Source: Camelus dromedarius (Eukaryota). Taken from it: a DNA stretch of 64,000 nt. Numbering within the stretch: position 1 is the stretch's first letter; each line of letters opens with the position of its first letter. The translations under genes and the position numbers were made by a program. The notes under the pieces are model-generated. The model saw only the letters and a program-made list of their open reading frames with translations, was not told the origin of the DNA and did not search any database. Below are positions 25,701 through 40,620 of this stretch, in pieces. The stretch lies in NCBI RefSeq assembly GCF_036321535.1, contig NC_087437.1, forward strand, positions 37,946,001-38,010,000, in the 5' to 3' direction.

Positions 25701-27395
25701 AGAAATCTTACTGGATGCAGAAATGTAGCATTAGAGTATTGGGTGTATGTTCAAGAAGTAGGTTTCAGGGTGAAATCGTCCACTGAAACTTGTCCTTTAC
25801 CCACCTTTGTCAAAGCTTTACCATTTCTGCGTGTGCACTCCTGCTTTGATCCAAGGGACTTGTGTGCCAATAGCAATAGTATTTCCTTGAAAAATAACCT
25901 GGCCCTTTCCTTTTTCCTTTCTGAAGTGGATGAGATAGTGTATTTTTGAATGTTATCAATGCAACAATCTTTGCTGCCTTCTTCTCTGCCAGTTAGCCCA
26001 GGCCCACCTTAAGAATTTGAGAGAGAAAGGGACTATAGGATTTTGTTTAGAATTCTTCAGTTGCAACATTGCTAAGAGTAGAGATTTGTAAACCTCCAGA
26101 AAGGGAATGTGCAAACCTAACATTTTTTGTTTTGTTGGGGAAGGAGGTTATAATTTTTTTTTAAATTTTGCCCATTCATGGAACATTGTTCAGTTTTTCA
26201 AAACAGTAAATAAGCAAAGAGCCTTCAAAACAGTTAAAGGCTAACAAACTAAAAATGTTGCTTGCAGTTTTTACTTAGAGCCTCTGAAAAGCATAAAAAC
26301 AATATGTTGGACAAAGAAATAAACCAAACACTTCATAATCTTGGAATATTTTGCATGGTGTAAAAGCACTGAATTTTCTCAGTCTTCCAAGTTAATTTAT
26401 ATTTCATAGGTCTCAAGAGAAGAAGAAAAGTTGAAACACTAATGAAGGTTTTAAAAGTCTGGAAAAATAGTATATTTTATCATTTCAGAGTTGCCCTGCT
26501 ATGGTGTTAAAGGAATTATTGTTTTTTACTTTGCCTTCAATTGCATAAAGTTTGATCTGGCATTTAAATTTAAATAAACTAGCTTTATCAATAAGAAATA
26601 ATTTTTAACAAATAAGATTTTAAAATGTGAGATCCATCATAAGATTAAATACTATCCTGAGAAATATGGAGTAGATTCTTATAGCATAAATGTGAATAAC
26701 TAATATGAATGACTAATACACGTTTTTCACCTATTATGAGCAAGTCATTACAGTGAGGTTTTTTTTCTTAAAAAAAAGTTACCTAGTTAAATTCTCTCCA
26801 CAAGCTCATGGGGCAAGTATAATAATTCCTATGTAGCACTCTTTTTAGATATATTCATTTTCTTAGGAGGCATATCCCCCTTTTGTACAGACACACGCTC
26901 TGTTAAGTTAATAATACAGTTAGTTATTAGTGGTGTGGCAGCACATAAGACCCTCTCCCATTAGCATGTGAAAGGATAACAAATGCTCAGTACAGTGATG
27001 ATCTCTGGGCTTTTATTTGACTGATCAGTGTATTGGAATGAAGGGTAAGAGCTAATTTTTAATAATCAATTCATGGGATTATTAGATAGTAGAGGGAAAG
27101 AAAGGAGACAGATGACTTGCTGAGAAAAGATCTTAGTGAAGAAGAGGAAGCTATGAAATAGGCACTTGGAGTTACAGCACCATGAAACCTGGTCACACAC
27201 CCCTGCAGTATCTTCAGTGAGCTCTGCAGTCTTGTTCATGCACGGGGGAGCTGGCTCCATTTGGTGGGTAGAATAATAACAGTTGCTATTTAGGGAATTC
27301 TTATTCTGAGCCAAATGTTAGATCACATTTGTTCCTCCAAACAATATTTTTAACTACTATTGTTATTCTCATTTTAGATGGAGAAACTGATTCTT

Positions 27396-27814
27396 TGAGA
27401 GGTTTCCTCATTTTTTTTCAAGTTTCTGTTTGACTGCTAATAGCTTTAAAGCCCCATCACTCCCCTTCCCCTCCTGCCCCACGTCTAGGCAAGCTGATAT
27501 AGCCCCAACACCACCTCCTTTGGCATCTGCAGGATGAACTCATGCAACTGAGGGTCACAGAACACTTGAGAACCATCATCAAGCTAAGCACACCTAATCA
27601 CCATAAAAATCAAGCCAGTCTCCTTTCCTAGATCTCTAAAGTCATTTTTTGACCAGGTCAGGAGCCAGCAGTGCTCTCCTCTGCTGACTTCTTAATGAGT
27701 AAATAAAATTTTTCATACCCTCTTGGTGAGTGTGTTTGTGGTGTCATCAGTTTTGACACAAGAATCGAATCTTAGATGGGGGTCCATCTTGTCTCAACAG
27801 AATGACTGCAGACA
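27396..27814 (+). mobile_element. ERVL solo LTR, MER74/MER77-like
   Basis: gccccacgtctaggcaagctgata...caagccagtctcctttcc...aataaaattttcataccctcttggtg...gggggtccatcttgtctc...aca. Confidence 0.75.
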
Positions 27815-28539
27815 TTTCCAGTGTGTTTTTTAAAAACTCAAGCAGAAAAATAAATTGCTGGAAGCACATGTGGTAATTTATAAATCAACAGAAGCCTGGA
27901 AAGGTAGGCTCAGAAGTTGGGCAACTACCAAGAACATCTAGTGACAAGAAAGAGAACCAGCATCATGGCCCAGGGACAGTCTAGTTAGGATTTTGCTGCG
28001 GACACTAATTCCACTGGATACTTACCACTGTCTCCACCCCTGAGCTCTCATGGCCCTGATTGCCAGTGCTGCATGGAAAAGTCTCCAAATACCCATATCA
28101 TTTGGTCAGCTTTTCAAGGTTCAGACCTGGAGGTGTGAGCATTTAATTATCAGAGACCTAGTTTTCACACTCTAGTCAGCCACAGAGCAAGGAGAAGGTT
28201 TAACTGGCATCTTCTGATGTAACAGTGTCTTCTATTAAGATATGCACAATTGATGAGAACTTCAAAGTAGAAAGTTTGTTCTGATCCCGGGTAACATAAA
28301 ACTATGAATAGCATCATTATATCGCTTATACAAAGTTCTTTAACACAATAACACTATTCCTAAGTGATTACCGTTTCATCCCTGAAATCCTTCTTCATTC
28401 AGCTTTATGAAGCAATTCTGTTAGAGTTAACTACCTTTTTACTTACATTTTTTTAAGTTGTTACTGAATTTCCTCTTCTTTCTATCCCCCAAATAAAGAC
28501 GCTTCTTAAGTTCTTCTCTTTCCCTTTCTTTCACCTCTC

Positions 28540-28860
28540 CAGTAGAGACAGCCCTCACCTTCTCAGCCTCAACTATTACATACGTGGATGGTACTTAGTT
28601 CACATCTCTAATACAGGTATCTCTGTAGATTTAGTCTTTTGTTTCTATTTCCCTTCAGGATACTTACATCCAGATTCTCTCCTGCAGGTTCAAAGCGAAA
28701 ATGCCTAAAACCTAACAATCTTCTCCCAAACCCAGCTCTACTCTAGGATTTACCTATCTTTGGAGCTACCTTGTCTTCTAATTATCTCACTGCCTCCTTG
28801 GAGTTTGCTTGCTTCCTCATGGTCTATATCACCAAAAACTGTCAACTGCTCCACAACATT
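28540..28860 (+). mobile_element. L2 fragment
   Basis: agcctcaactattacatacgtggatggtac...cacatctcta...aatcttctcccaaacccagctct. Confidence 0.5.
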
Positions 28861-29407
28861 TATATATATATATAAATGTTATATAATTATTATAATCAGA
28901 TTGATTCGTGTCAGAACACACAAACCAAGTTAGACTTTCCTGGATTTGGCTAAAGGTAGTTATTACCAGGGGATTTATTGAATTCATGTGTTTGTGTTTT
29001 CAAACTTTTTCTTCAAACTTTTTGATGAAATGAATTCTTTGAGGACAAACACACAATCCCAATTTGGAAGAGAAATTAGTCTAAGAGAATTTCAGGAGTT
29101 ACTGTTAAAAATATAACCTAGAAGAGATAAACCTCACAGCTTTTCATGCATTTGAAATAATTATATTTCATTTCCTTTTAAAACCCTATTTGGCTTAGCT
29201 ACCATATCAGATACCTCATCTGTGCTACTTTCTATCCATTCTGCATCACATGTTTCTTTCTGGTGCTTTCAGCCACTGTTCCCAGTCTTGCCAGTGTTGC
29301 TCATTAAGTGACTCTGGGTGATCTTCAAAAAGTATCACACACTCAAAACACACGATGTCCACAACACACACCTCTTATTCCCTGTCCTGGTACTTACCTA
29401 GTGTTAC

Positions 29408-29773
29408 TGAAGTATGAGATATTAGGGTACAGGCTTAGTGACTACAACTTGTAAGTGAGGGGGAATTAATGCCCCGCCTATAAATCCCTGACAATAGAAT
29501 GCCAGATTGGAGAACAAATTATTCTCACTTTCTTCCCAACTGTCATTTCAATCATGGTCTTTCTGTTTTTTGGAAGATATTCCCATGAGATCAAGCAAGC
29601 AGTTGTGCGTATAACAAGTGCATGTAACTTTGCAATGCACTCTTGGACTGATTCACCCTCTTCTCCTGCTTCACTCACTTTTCCCCTAACTCTGCCTCCA
29701 TAGGTTTGCACTCCCTAATAAAGTGGGAGCCCATGCTTCAGATTGTGCTTTCTGGGCAGCCCAGGCTAATACA
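29408..29773 (+). mobile_element. ERVL LTR, LTR16-like
   Basis: 3' end cctgcttcactc...tgcactccctaataaagtg...tgctttctgggcagcccaggctaataca. Confidence 0.7.
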
Positions 29774-30899
29774 GGTGTGCTGCCTCTTCCACAAACAGCC
29801 TGAGACTATTTAGAAGAAAATGGGCTTAGAGAACAAAATCATCTGAAGACTGCCAAGGCTAAGATAAGTATAGGAGGTAAGGACGTAGGGGAGAGTTTTT
29901 GCAGAAAAAATTTGTAAGCATATTATTTATGGTAGAAATTAGGTACCTATGCTGATTAACTATAGTCAAAAGGGAATTAATCTACTGGTGACGCTAAAGT
30001 AGGAAATATTTATGGGAGCTTTTTTTCCTAGGCATCAAATTTGATGCTTTCAGTGACTAGAAGTGATGGCAAAGTCCAGAGCTAATGCCACATTTGCTTT
30101 TTAGAGAGATTTTATGCCTCCCAATATGAATCACACGAGTGAACATGAATCAACAAAATAAAGAAGAGAACTTCATGTAGCAAAACAATGACCACTTAGT
30201 GGTGTCAATGAGTTTGCAGAAATCGTTATCCAACAAGTTGCGTATTATGACTTATCTTTATTTGCCTGAGATCTGTGACATTATTTAGATTTTAGATACA
30301 TCTATCTTTTACCACTATCTTTTTGAAATGTTCTGGGACTGCTTACTTGTACATGCTAGTGAGAAAATACAATTAAATAAATTGTGATGAAAAATAATTC
30401 AGGCTTTGAAACCTGCGTTTTTTTCTTCCTATATTACAGTTAAAACATTTTCATAGTAAAATTTTTATACTTATAAATATCATTAAAATTTTATACTTAT
30501 GAATTTGTACTTATATGAAAAAATATCTTTCTCATTATCCTAGTTGCTAAAATATGACAAATTCTTTGAAAACTTTACATAAGAAAGATGGGGTTGATTT
30601 CCTTTAAAGAATAAACTTTCTGCTTTCTAGTAAAAAAAAAATAGAAATCCATCCATAGTTTCAGTGATTTTGAAGTACGTTCTTGAGATTAATCTTGGCA
30701 TTAAACTTTTAAGATTAAATTTACTCTGAAAAGAAAGTATAAAGTAAATTGGACATAAAGTAGTTTCTCAAGAAATAAAAAAATGTATCTACATTTTAAA
30801 TTTCTGGCACATCTTAATACTAACCTTTATTGAGATAGCATTTGGCTTGGCAGAGGCCCCATCTAACTTACCTCCCAGTCTTGCAGAAAGAGGCATATA

Positions 30900-31690
30900 A
30901 TATTAGGAAAATGTATGTTAAATTTGATGTATTTAAAAGATAAATTATTGGACAGACCATAAGAAGCGCTAACACTAAGAGAACAAAATTATAGTATAAT
31001 CTTCAATAAATCTATAAATTATAAATATTTCATCAACATTTAAAATATTTTCTCAACAAAAGACAACTTAAAGATTATCATCCACACACTGTGAAATATA
31101 TTCAGAATATATAGATTGCGAAAAGGACTGGAATATGTATCCAGAATATCCAGAATATGCACATAATTCTTCAGATAAAATGTAAGTATGGATAACTCAA
31201 TGAAAATCGAAAAAGACTTGAAGAGACACTTCACAAAAGGGTAGTGAATGGCCAATAAATATATAAAAGATGGTCAACATTTTTATTAATAGTCACTGAG
31301 GATACGTAAAATAAAGCAACAAGACACTGTTCACACTCCAGAAAGGCTAACTGAAGGCCAAAAGCAAAAAACTAAAAATACCAAATGTTATCAAGCATGT
31401 GGGCCAGTTGGAACTCTCAAATACTGCAGATGGGAGTTATACTAGTTTGCTAGGACTGTCAAAACAAAATACTGCAAAGTGGAGGTTTAAACAACAGAAA
31501 TCTATTGTCTCATAGTTCTGGGGACTAGAGTGAAACCTAAAAGGTTGGTTCTTCGAGAGCTGTGTGTGTGAGATCTTTATCTTGTTTTGTATGGTGATCA
31601 CACAGTTATACAATTGTTAGAACTCAGCAAACTGAACACTTAAGTCTAGTTAAGTTTATTATTATGTTAACTAGACCTGGATTACATACA
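30900..31690 (+). mobile_element. Old L1 3' region containing an antisense MLT1 fragment (about 31435-31570)
   Basis: aaagacttgaagagacacttcacaaaag...aatggccaataaatatataaaagatg; insert tagtttgctaggactgtc...ttaaacaacagaaatctattgtctcatagttctgg. Confidence 0.7.
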
Positions 31691-32104
31691 AATGTATATA
31701 ATATATATATACAATTATATAAATACAGCAATTTAAAACTAGAACTGACCCTGTTGCTAATTCTATGTTAATAAAATTTAAACATGTAGGAAAAATATTA
31801 AGATTAAAAATGCAAATCATGGCTGACATTTTCTGCTTAAGCTTGTTGTATAATACAATTCTGTACCAAGAAAATAATCAGTGAATTTTAATGAAAGTAG
31901 AGGTCAAGATTGTATAACAAGGGGAATTCATGAATCTATTTAAAATTCTAGCATTCATGATTCTTCCTTTGAAAAAAATAAAAATGCAACTCAGATTTAG
32001 CAATTGCTATAGATAGCACCTAATATGCAGAAAAGCAAACATGGTCCCCTCAGGTTGTACAGACTTCAACTTCAACATAGTTGTTAATTTATATGTTAAG
32101 ATTC

Positions 32105-32460
32105 ATATCAGGATAGGGTGGGTTATACTATAGGCACAAACAGCCCCATACTCTCAGTGGTTAAATACAAGAAGGCTCATTTCTCACTTGGTGAACGTGA
32201 CCAGTAGGGCTGCCGGGGGCTCCACGCATCAGAGGCACTTGATGGAGGCTCTTTCCTGTTCACCACCACAGGGGAAGTAAAGCTGCAGGGTCTTCCATGG
32301 TTGAGTTTTCCAGTCTGGAAGTGAGGTACATGGGTTTCACCTATAGATCATTGGCCAGAATCAGTTACATGGCTATATGTCACCTCAAGGAGAGAGTGTA
32401 TAACTGCCCAGGTTCTGAAAGGTGATGGGAGTCAGATACTGGTGAACAGTGATAAGTAAT
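32105..32460 (-). mobile_element. MaLR LTR, MLT1K/L-like
   Basis: tcaggatagggtgggttatactata...ctctcagtggttaaatacaagaaggctcatttctcact...tcattggccagaatcagttacatggc. Confidence 0.7.
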
Positions 32461-33155
32461 AACATCTTTCATCCATAGATGATGGGAAAGGCAGATCCTG
32501 GGGACCCTTGAAATCACAGTTTTTTTTCCAAACCAGTAAAGAAGAGGAAATATATTTGACTTATATAGTCAGAAAGCCTTCGATTTGCTGATACTAATAA
32601 ATAATTTATCAACAAAACTTTTAAGAGCTAAGTGCTTTGAATAAGCCTCCTAAACACCCACTAAAATATCAACTGCTTATTACTACAGGACAAAATTAAA
32701 AAGAACAAAGTGAAACAGAATGTACAGCACGCAATAGTCTTTCTCTGGTTCACTTTAACACTCCCAATTGTTCAAGTGTTCTAATGATCATTGCCCATGA
32801 AAGATTAATTACTAACTTGCAAAAGACAAAGTATGAAACCCCAAGGACCTTTCTTGTTTCAGCTCCTCCTGATCAAACGTTAAAAAGTATTTACGAAGAA
32901 CACTAACTTTAACTGAAAGGAAAGAAAGGGGGAAAAAATTACCCCAGCCATTATATTGTTTTTGCTTATCCATGTTTCAGCCCTTGTCCATTTGCATACA
33001 TAATTGTTTACATATTATTAGATATAGCATAAATATAGTTAATGCTTTTTGTTTTTCATTACTGAATATATTTATAAGTATTATCTATGCATTTTACTGT
33101 ATATTTAACCAAAGTATGTACTGTGAAGAAAAATACATATCAAATTGTAAGGCAC

Positions 33156-33594
33156 TGTGGCAAAGACCCTAATATCATCCCATTTTCGTAGGAAGTTAAG
33201 AAATACATACTTAGGGAAGCAAAGTATCCAGCATATATAATCCAAGTAAGGACTGTATTTCCCAGCCTCCTGTGAATTAAGCATTAGTTTTGACCACTAA
33301 GAGATGAGAACTTTTCTTATGATACTTCTGTTTATTATCCTTAAGCAGGAATGAAGGAGAAAGTTCCGTTTTAGTTTTTTTTCTTAACTGGAAGTTAGAC
33401 ATGATGGCTAGGTTTGAGTAAATCATCTTAGAATATCAAGCTAGAATGAACCTAGGTTCTGGAAGAGAAGGCCTGGATTGAAATGCCTAGAGAGATAAAC
33501 ACCTAACTTGTCCATCCATTATTTATTTGGTTTGTTTGATTTCACTTTAGTTTTGTTTTGTCACATGTTGCTGAGCTGAACACTGACAAATACA
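33156..33594 (+). mobile_element. MaLR LTR, MLT1H/J-like
   Basis: tgtggcaaagac start, gactgtatttcccagcctcc, and end ctgacaaataca. Confidence 0.6.
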
Positions 33595-33949
33595 GGTGCA
33601 GGACAATTCCTCAGTAAAAAACATATATTGGGACCTTGTAAGGTTCTAGAAATGCATATGTTTTAAAAAACGTCCAATAGTACCAAAAGGTATGAAACAA
33701 AATTAAAACTATTGACTTCCCAAAATAACATTTATTGAAAGTTTTGTTCCTGCAAATAAGCGTTTATTTACTCATATAGCTAAAAAGATACAGATGTTGA
33801 TGGATAGCTAGCTATATATGTGCCTTCTGCCTGTGTGTGAACTATTTTAGTAGGTATTTTTATCTATGTAGATAGATACTGATGTACTTATAGATGCATA
33901 CATATGCACATTTTTCCTGATTTTTAACGTTATACAGTACCTATTTATA

Positions 33950-36135
33950 TCTCCTTAAGGCAAAAAAGAGTAGCTAATTTTCACTCGTCTATCCTCCTTT
34001 TCTTCTTAACCTCCTTGATTTCATCGTGTTGTTTTTGTAACATTTCTTTTATAACCTTATATGACTACTTACATTTTGATTTCTTGATTTTTCAAGTTTA
34101 TTCAGTACTTGTTAATTCTCCACCAAGTAGGTTGAGGAAATTAATAAAATTCCATTATCTACTATTCTCCACTCCACCTCCCAGTTTTTGGGTTTTGTTA
34201 TTATTATATATATATATATATGTATGTGTATGTGTGTGTGTATATATGTTTTTATGTTATATGTTATTATGACATAAGTCATATATAGTGTATAATATTT
34301 AATGTCTGTTACCACATTTTATATATTTTGTATATGAATAATTTTAATACTGATTATTATTCATTTATCATGACATCATATTAATTTGAGTTGCCCGGAT
34401 TTTTCTAGCAGTTCTATCTAAAAAGACTTTTATGTTTGGAAATGTCTTCCTGCTTCCTCTATACTTAAACATATTTGGATGGGCACAGCTTTTCTTGGAC
34501 CTTCATGGTTTCTCAGTCATTGTACTCAGGAATTTACTCGGGATCAGTGTGGCTCTGGAGAACCCTGAGGTATGGCTTCCCTGACTTCTCTCTCTAAAGT
34601 TCTTGATCCTTGAAATTCGATTTTGTCTCAGTACATGTGATTTTGAATCCATTTAATGTAAATTATGGTGGGTGCTTTTCATCTCAGAAAATTTCATTCT
34701 TCCTTAATTTCAGGGAAAATTCACACAAAATTTTTGTCAAATTTTGCCCACACTGTGGGCAGATATTATATATGTCAAGGGCATTGTTTTCTTTAACCTG
34801 GGTCAGGTTTTTCAAAAATCTTTTAATGATAATTCTAAAATATAAAATGATACTTGATTGTTGGTTAATGCTCACAGGAAAGGGACAGTTTGCTTTATAA
34901 TTAGTACTTTGACTTCATTTCCTCCACAGTTTAAAAGATTGTTGGGTAAACGGAACTTAGACCTAAACAATTTATGTTCCAATTTTTTTCTCAGGGTCTG
35001 AGAAAAGTGACACAGGTAATTTGCGAGGGGAAAGGGATGCTTGCATACTGAAAATGCCCTTATTCTACCTTTATATCTAAGAGATAATTTGGTTGGCTGT
35101 ATTATTCTGGGTGAAAGTTATTTTCCCTCAGAATTTTGAAGGCTTTACTTCACTTTCTTTAGCTTCTGGTGTTATTGTTGAAAAGTCTCACCATTCTGTC
35201 TACAGACTCTTTATATTAATAATTAGTACTGTTATTTCATTCTGAAAACTTTCAGAATAGTTTCTTTATTCTTTATACTCCAAAGTTTCTGGATGATAAT
35301 ATTGGTATTGATCTTTTTTTCATTTATTTTGCTCAGCAATCAGCGATCCTTTACAATCTGGAAATTCATATCTCTCAGTTCTTAAGGCGTTTTAACATTA
35401 CTTGTTTCATATTTTTTCTCCTGTTAGTTATCTTCCTGGAACTCGTGTTATTTGTATTTGAAATATCTGAAATAAGTCTTTGAAGCTTTTATTCTTACTT
35501 TCCTAATTTTCAGTTTTCTTTGCTCTCTTTTCTAGAAGACATTTCAACTTTATCTTTCTTCTCTTCATTCATTCAATGAAAGTATTGGTTTTCAGAACTT
35601 TTCTATTCTGTTATCTGTGTTGTGTTATGTGGCATCTTGTTCTCTTTTTACAGATGCAATACTTTTATTGATAGAAAATATTTGATCCCTTGTAAAGAAG
35701 AAAACTCCAGACTTCTGAGAGCGTAATGGGAGATAAATTACCTGGCAGTGTAAAGTGGGGGAGAATCCTTACAGGCCTGACTAATTCTCAAAAAAAAACC
35801 TTTCACACTGTCTCAGTTTAGCCTGACTCCCCTCCTCCCAGATCCCTCTTTCAGAAAGATACCAGATTCTAACAATCCCTGAGCCTTGAGATCTCTGTAG
35901 TGAAAACTGAGTTGTTTTATTGTTAACACCATGGCTTTAGAATTGAGTTTTAGGATTTGGCTTCCTTGGATATGTTACGTTACCATTCATAAATCTGTCT
36001 ACAGCTCTTAAAATTGTTTTGATGTTTCCTTTCCTGTTATTTTCTTTTAGGTGCTTTGTGACTTTAAAAATTTTTAGTAGTTTTAGGGTGGAACAAATAT
36101 AAACATATGTCTTCACTTTATGTTCTTTAACTAGA
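33950..36135 (-). mobile_element. Very old L1ME/HAL1-like fragments
   Basis: tttggttggctgtattattctgggtgaaagttattttccctcagaattttgaaggc...tagcttctggtgttattgttgaaaagtc; boundaries approximate. Confidence 0.55.
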
Positions 36136-39100
36136 CAACCTCATTAAATTATTGATAAAAATTATTGTTGAGTATTTTTTAAAATTTTGGTATTTACTTA
36201 TTGCTGTTATATGTGAACTGTGGACAAAGTTTTAAAAGACAGAAAATGTTAAATATAAGCAAGCTGTCAAGATAATAAGAGAAGAAAAAGAACCTGCTTA
36301 ACATGAAATACATGCAAGTTTTCTCATCTTGAAAGTGAGGATTATGTGACTTGGGTTAGTAGTGGCCATAGTAAGATAAACTAAATTCTTTAGGGTCTTA
36401 TGTATATTTTAGTATAAATATTTAATTGTCTGTTTGAATTAAGCTCAAAGAAGTGGTCTAAACTGTTCTAAATTAAGAAAGATCCCTCATAATCTTAAAA
36501 ATTTCCAAACGATGCAATAATACTTCATGGGGATAAAAATAACCAGTGTCATTAGTTCACTTGTCTACCCAAGGCTTATGAAAAGCTCAAGAGAAAAGAC
36601 TCTGAGTTGAGCACAACCTGTTTTGTTTTTCCTCCCCCTCCCCATCCCTCTTTCCCCCTCTCCTCCCTCTCTCAATCTCTCTGTGTCTTTTCTTTCTCAG
36701 ACACAAATTTTGGCATCTGAATGTGAGAGCAAGTAGAATGTAAGAAGGAAAGAAGAAACTAAATGTTAGGGATTTGAAACTTCTTGACAAAACACAGCTG
36801 CTCATGTTGGAGGACATTTTATTGAAAATATAAATTCCCACAAGCAGCACCTGGAGTCCAATAGTTTTCAAGCTGACAAGCCGGTGCTGTGAACATTCTA
36901 ACTGAATATTTAACAACTGTGGTAAATGTCAATTATGTAAATGGTAAAATGATATACTCTATATTTATGTAGCACAAACTAAGCTCATAGTGGGAAGAAC
37001 CTTCCCATAAAAATTACTTGAGAAATTTGTGATTTCTCACATGAAATATTCTAAAAAGCTAATAGACATGCATGCAAACCACTATTTTCCATTAGGGAAT
37101 AATTAATAAATACAAATGGGATAAAAACTGACAATATGATACTGAAGAAGTTAATAATGAAATTGTAATTTTCTTACCATAAAATGATATTACAGCTATG
37201 ACAGCAGTTTCTGCCTATAAACCACCTGCTCTAACCCTTTACCCCAGACTGAAAGGAGCTGAGAATCTGTGCTTTCTGATGCTAACCATCTGGATGAGAA
37301 GTGAAATTTTCAGTTGAAATTCTAAATGTTTACAAGTACTTGAGTGCTTTTTGTTGAGTACACCAAACCTAAAACTTTTAAATTTCTCTTAAAGATTTCA
37401 ATTTTCATCCAGGTATTGTTCTAAAACATCTCATTACTTTGTTCAAAAGTTAATCATTCAACTGTTTTGTTTTTTGCTGACAAATATACACAACATGGAC
37501 GAGCCTCCTATTTAGCCTTAGTATTAATCATATCTCCTTAGGGCCCAGGTTCATAGTGGGTATGACTAGGAGTGTTTTCTGAGAATATGTTTGTTTTGGA
37601 GGTGAGGCCATTTTCAAAGTACAAATTCACCTACCCCCGACCCTAAGTTTGATAAATTCTTGAAAGTATATAGTCCCCTTTTCCCCAAGTCTCCTAACCT
37701 CCCATCTTTTGCAGCACTGCACCAAAAATCAACTGTACATTAGGAAAGTATTCTACACCTGGAAAGAAGGGAAGTTATATATTATTTCTTCAAGGTTAAC
37801 TTCAATCTTACATATATTATTAGCCATACAACATGATGGCTATGTTCGAAACATCATTAGATTGTTCATACATAATTATTGATTACCAGAAATACAGGGT
37901 CGGTAAATGCAAATATCACACATTTTCAACTTTTAACAGTACAAAAACAATTATGAATAATTGTATTTTTAAATCATTAAACAAAGAATTTTAGGCTTTG
38001 AGCATTTAGGTAATTGATTGTATCTTTAAAAAGATATAAAGCCTAAAGTTGATGGAACAACAGGAAACAAATCAGAGAACTGCAGAAGAAAAAGAAATAA
38101 AGATGAGATAAAGTTAATCATTAGCCTACATAACAGTATTAGCTCAAACTGATCGAGTGTTAGTTATGTACCAGACACGGTTCTAGGTGTTTTATATGAA
38201 TGAACCAATTTACTTCTTAAAGTGATTCTTTGATAATTTACTTCTCAAAACAACCTTTTGACATTATTATTATTTTCTTCATATTAGTGATGAAATGTAT
38301 GGCTATGTCAATGTAATGGATGAAGAGTTAGGAGAGCTTGTGTCATATTGTGGTCTTGCTTTTGGTCTAGACACAATGCTCAACTGCTTCTAAAACAAGA
38401 TTCTGTGCCAAGGAGACTTAAATTCATCTTTCAGTGCTAAAAAGCTACAGATTTTGAGCTTTTCTATCTTATGAATTGAGTGAAAAATAAGTTATCTGAT
38501 TTAGGTATTTTCTTCTTTTTGATTCAGACTTCATGGATTGTACCTCATTTTTTCTAATCACATAATAATAGTAATAATACCTTTCTCAGAAGGTTGATTG
38601 GAAAAGGTAATGAGTTATTATAGTGAGTTAATACAGGTAAATATTTAGCATAGTGCTTGTTCTGCAGTCAACACTCAATAAATTTGAGCTAATATTGTTT
38701 TTGACTAAATATCAGGATTTAAAGATTTTTTTTATTATCCTGTAAATTTTTAAACATATTATATGGCATTTATCCAACAAGCCTACTCTTAATGCTTTAG
38801 AGTGAAATAATTTAACTACTAACAATAATCGTAAACAACTGTTAATCATAAATTGTTAATACAATCTTAACATCGATATTATATTATCTGTTACCATCAC
38901 TCAATGATAGTGGATTGCTGGCCTCTTATTTTCCCTAGCACTTAGACTACTGTTTACTCTCAATACCATATCTTTACACAGAGGAGTTTTACTTCTTTTT
39001 TTCTCCTCAATATTCCTTTGAGATGGCTAATTTAGAATACTCATAAACAACTTTGTTTATAATTAATCTAAAATTCTCTTTCTGATTTTCAAATCTCCCC

Positions 39101-39649
39101 CCACTCTGATCTCACAATATTTTCATGTTGCTTTTATTCACTTCTGTTGGCATCTGCCTACCCCAACCTTTCACAGCTAGTTCTTGCAACCAAAACTCAA
39201 TCCTGCCTAATTTTCTAATTCATTTTGGACCAGGTTAGGAAGTTCAGTACATCGATGCCTCAGAGTCCTATGTGACAAGACCAGGCAACTAAATAAACTG
39301 CAACTGCCTTATCAATAATGAGATTTGGTAACCAATGAGAATTTTACATTTCTATTTCTCTAAGAAAAAATAATTTAATATTGTTTCTTGTATACCTCCA
39401 GAAAGATCTTTTTGAAAAGTTACACACATCCTCACATATTTGTAAATTCATCAAAAGTTTAAGCAGTATAAATGAGAGTAATTTTCACATTATGTGAATT
39501 TTGCTATTTAAAACTAAAACTGATAGGTCACTCTTGTAAATGTATCCATTGGACTTGAAAACAATATTGACTTGAAATATAATATCATTTACTTAAAAAT
39601 ATAAATAAACAAGCAAGAATATGAATTTATCAGTTTTCTTTTCTCTTTC

Positions 39650-40620
39650 CACTCACATTTCCATTCCATTTCCTGCATTCAAAATTCATGCTTGAAAGTG
39701 TTTTATTGATCACCCCATCAAAAATATATACATTATTTAAATTTAATTAATTTAAAATAATTTTTATAAGTTCAGTGTTAAATTTTGGATTCTTTTTATT
39801 GTGATTATTATTAAAGCACATTTATTATAACAGCATCAATATACATTGTATTTACATTTATAAGTATTAAAAATAATATAAAAAGAATATGTATCTTGAA
39901 ATATAAAATATTATGTCTTATTTTTCAATTAGATTATGTATCTGTAGATGAATATTGCCATTAAAATGGGACGTTATGTGGCATTACTTCTATTTCTATT
40001 TTTGTTTTACAGGTATAGTTTGAGGGAAAAACAAATTCACATGAATAAGTTGACAAAATTGGAAGAAGTTTTGGTACGGTAATGTTACAGATCCTTTGAA
40101 CTCCTTCTGAATTATATTCCAAAAGCCATATTGTGATACCATATTTCCATTGACCTATCAACATACAACTCAGTTATTTTTTTTTCTTCATTTTTTTAAA
40201 GACTCAGGATCTACTAGTTTGTAGAAGAATGTGTTATTCAGCCCCTTTTTTTGTTATTTAGAAGTATCCAAAATGCTTTATTGAGTGTTACCAAATGATT
40301 ATTAGCTAATATATTGATTATCATTTTAGTTAGAGTACTGAAAAGGGCTGGGAAAATAAAATTTTATGACTATATTGAGTATAATAGTTTTTGATAAGAT
40401 GCTTTTATATTAACATATGCTTTAAAAATATTTTTATTAAAGCATTGTACCTGCAGATTACGTTGATCCTATCTGTAAAATTATCTATCTTATAACTTAC
40501 AGGGTAGAGGCATTTCTCTTTGACAGATAACCTGTATCATCAAACTAAGTTTTTCTCAAGAAAGATACGACTTCTAGCTTCAATACAAACAAATAACCAT
40601 TTGACTTGTAAATTTTAGTT
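39650..40620 (-). mobile_element. hAT-Charlie (Charlie7-like) transposase fossil
   Basis: The minus strand gives, in order, QVKWL (about 40600, cf. EVRWLS), NLQVQCFNKNIFKAYVNIKASYQKLL (40459-40382) and PKLLPILSTYSCEFVF (cf. hATC LLPFPSTYLCExGFS), with frameshifts and stops between them. Confidence 0.8.

Noticed and set aside
36625..36745. Long polypyrimidine tract ending in CAG as a splice acceptor
   Set aside because: The tract is a low-complexity CT repeat, and the downstream sequence gives no recognisable coding exon.
39961..40164. ORF with a hATC-like motif as a domesticated transposase (ZBED/SCAND-type) gene
   Set aside because: The motifs lie in different frames with stops between them, so this is a fossil transposon.
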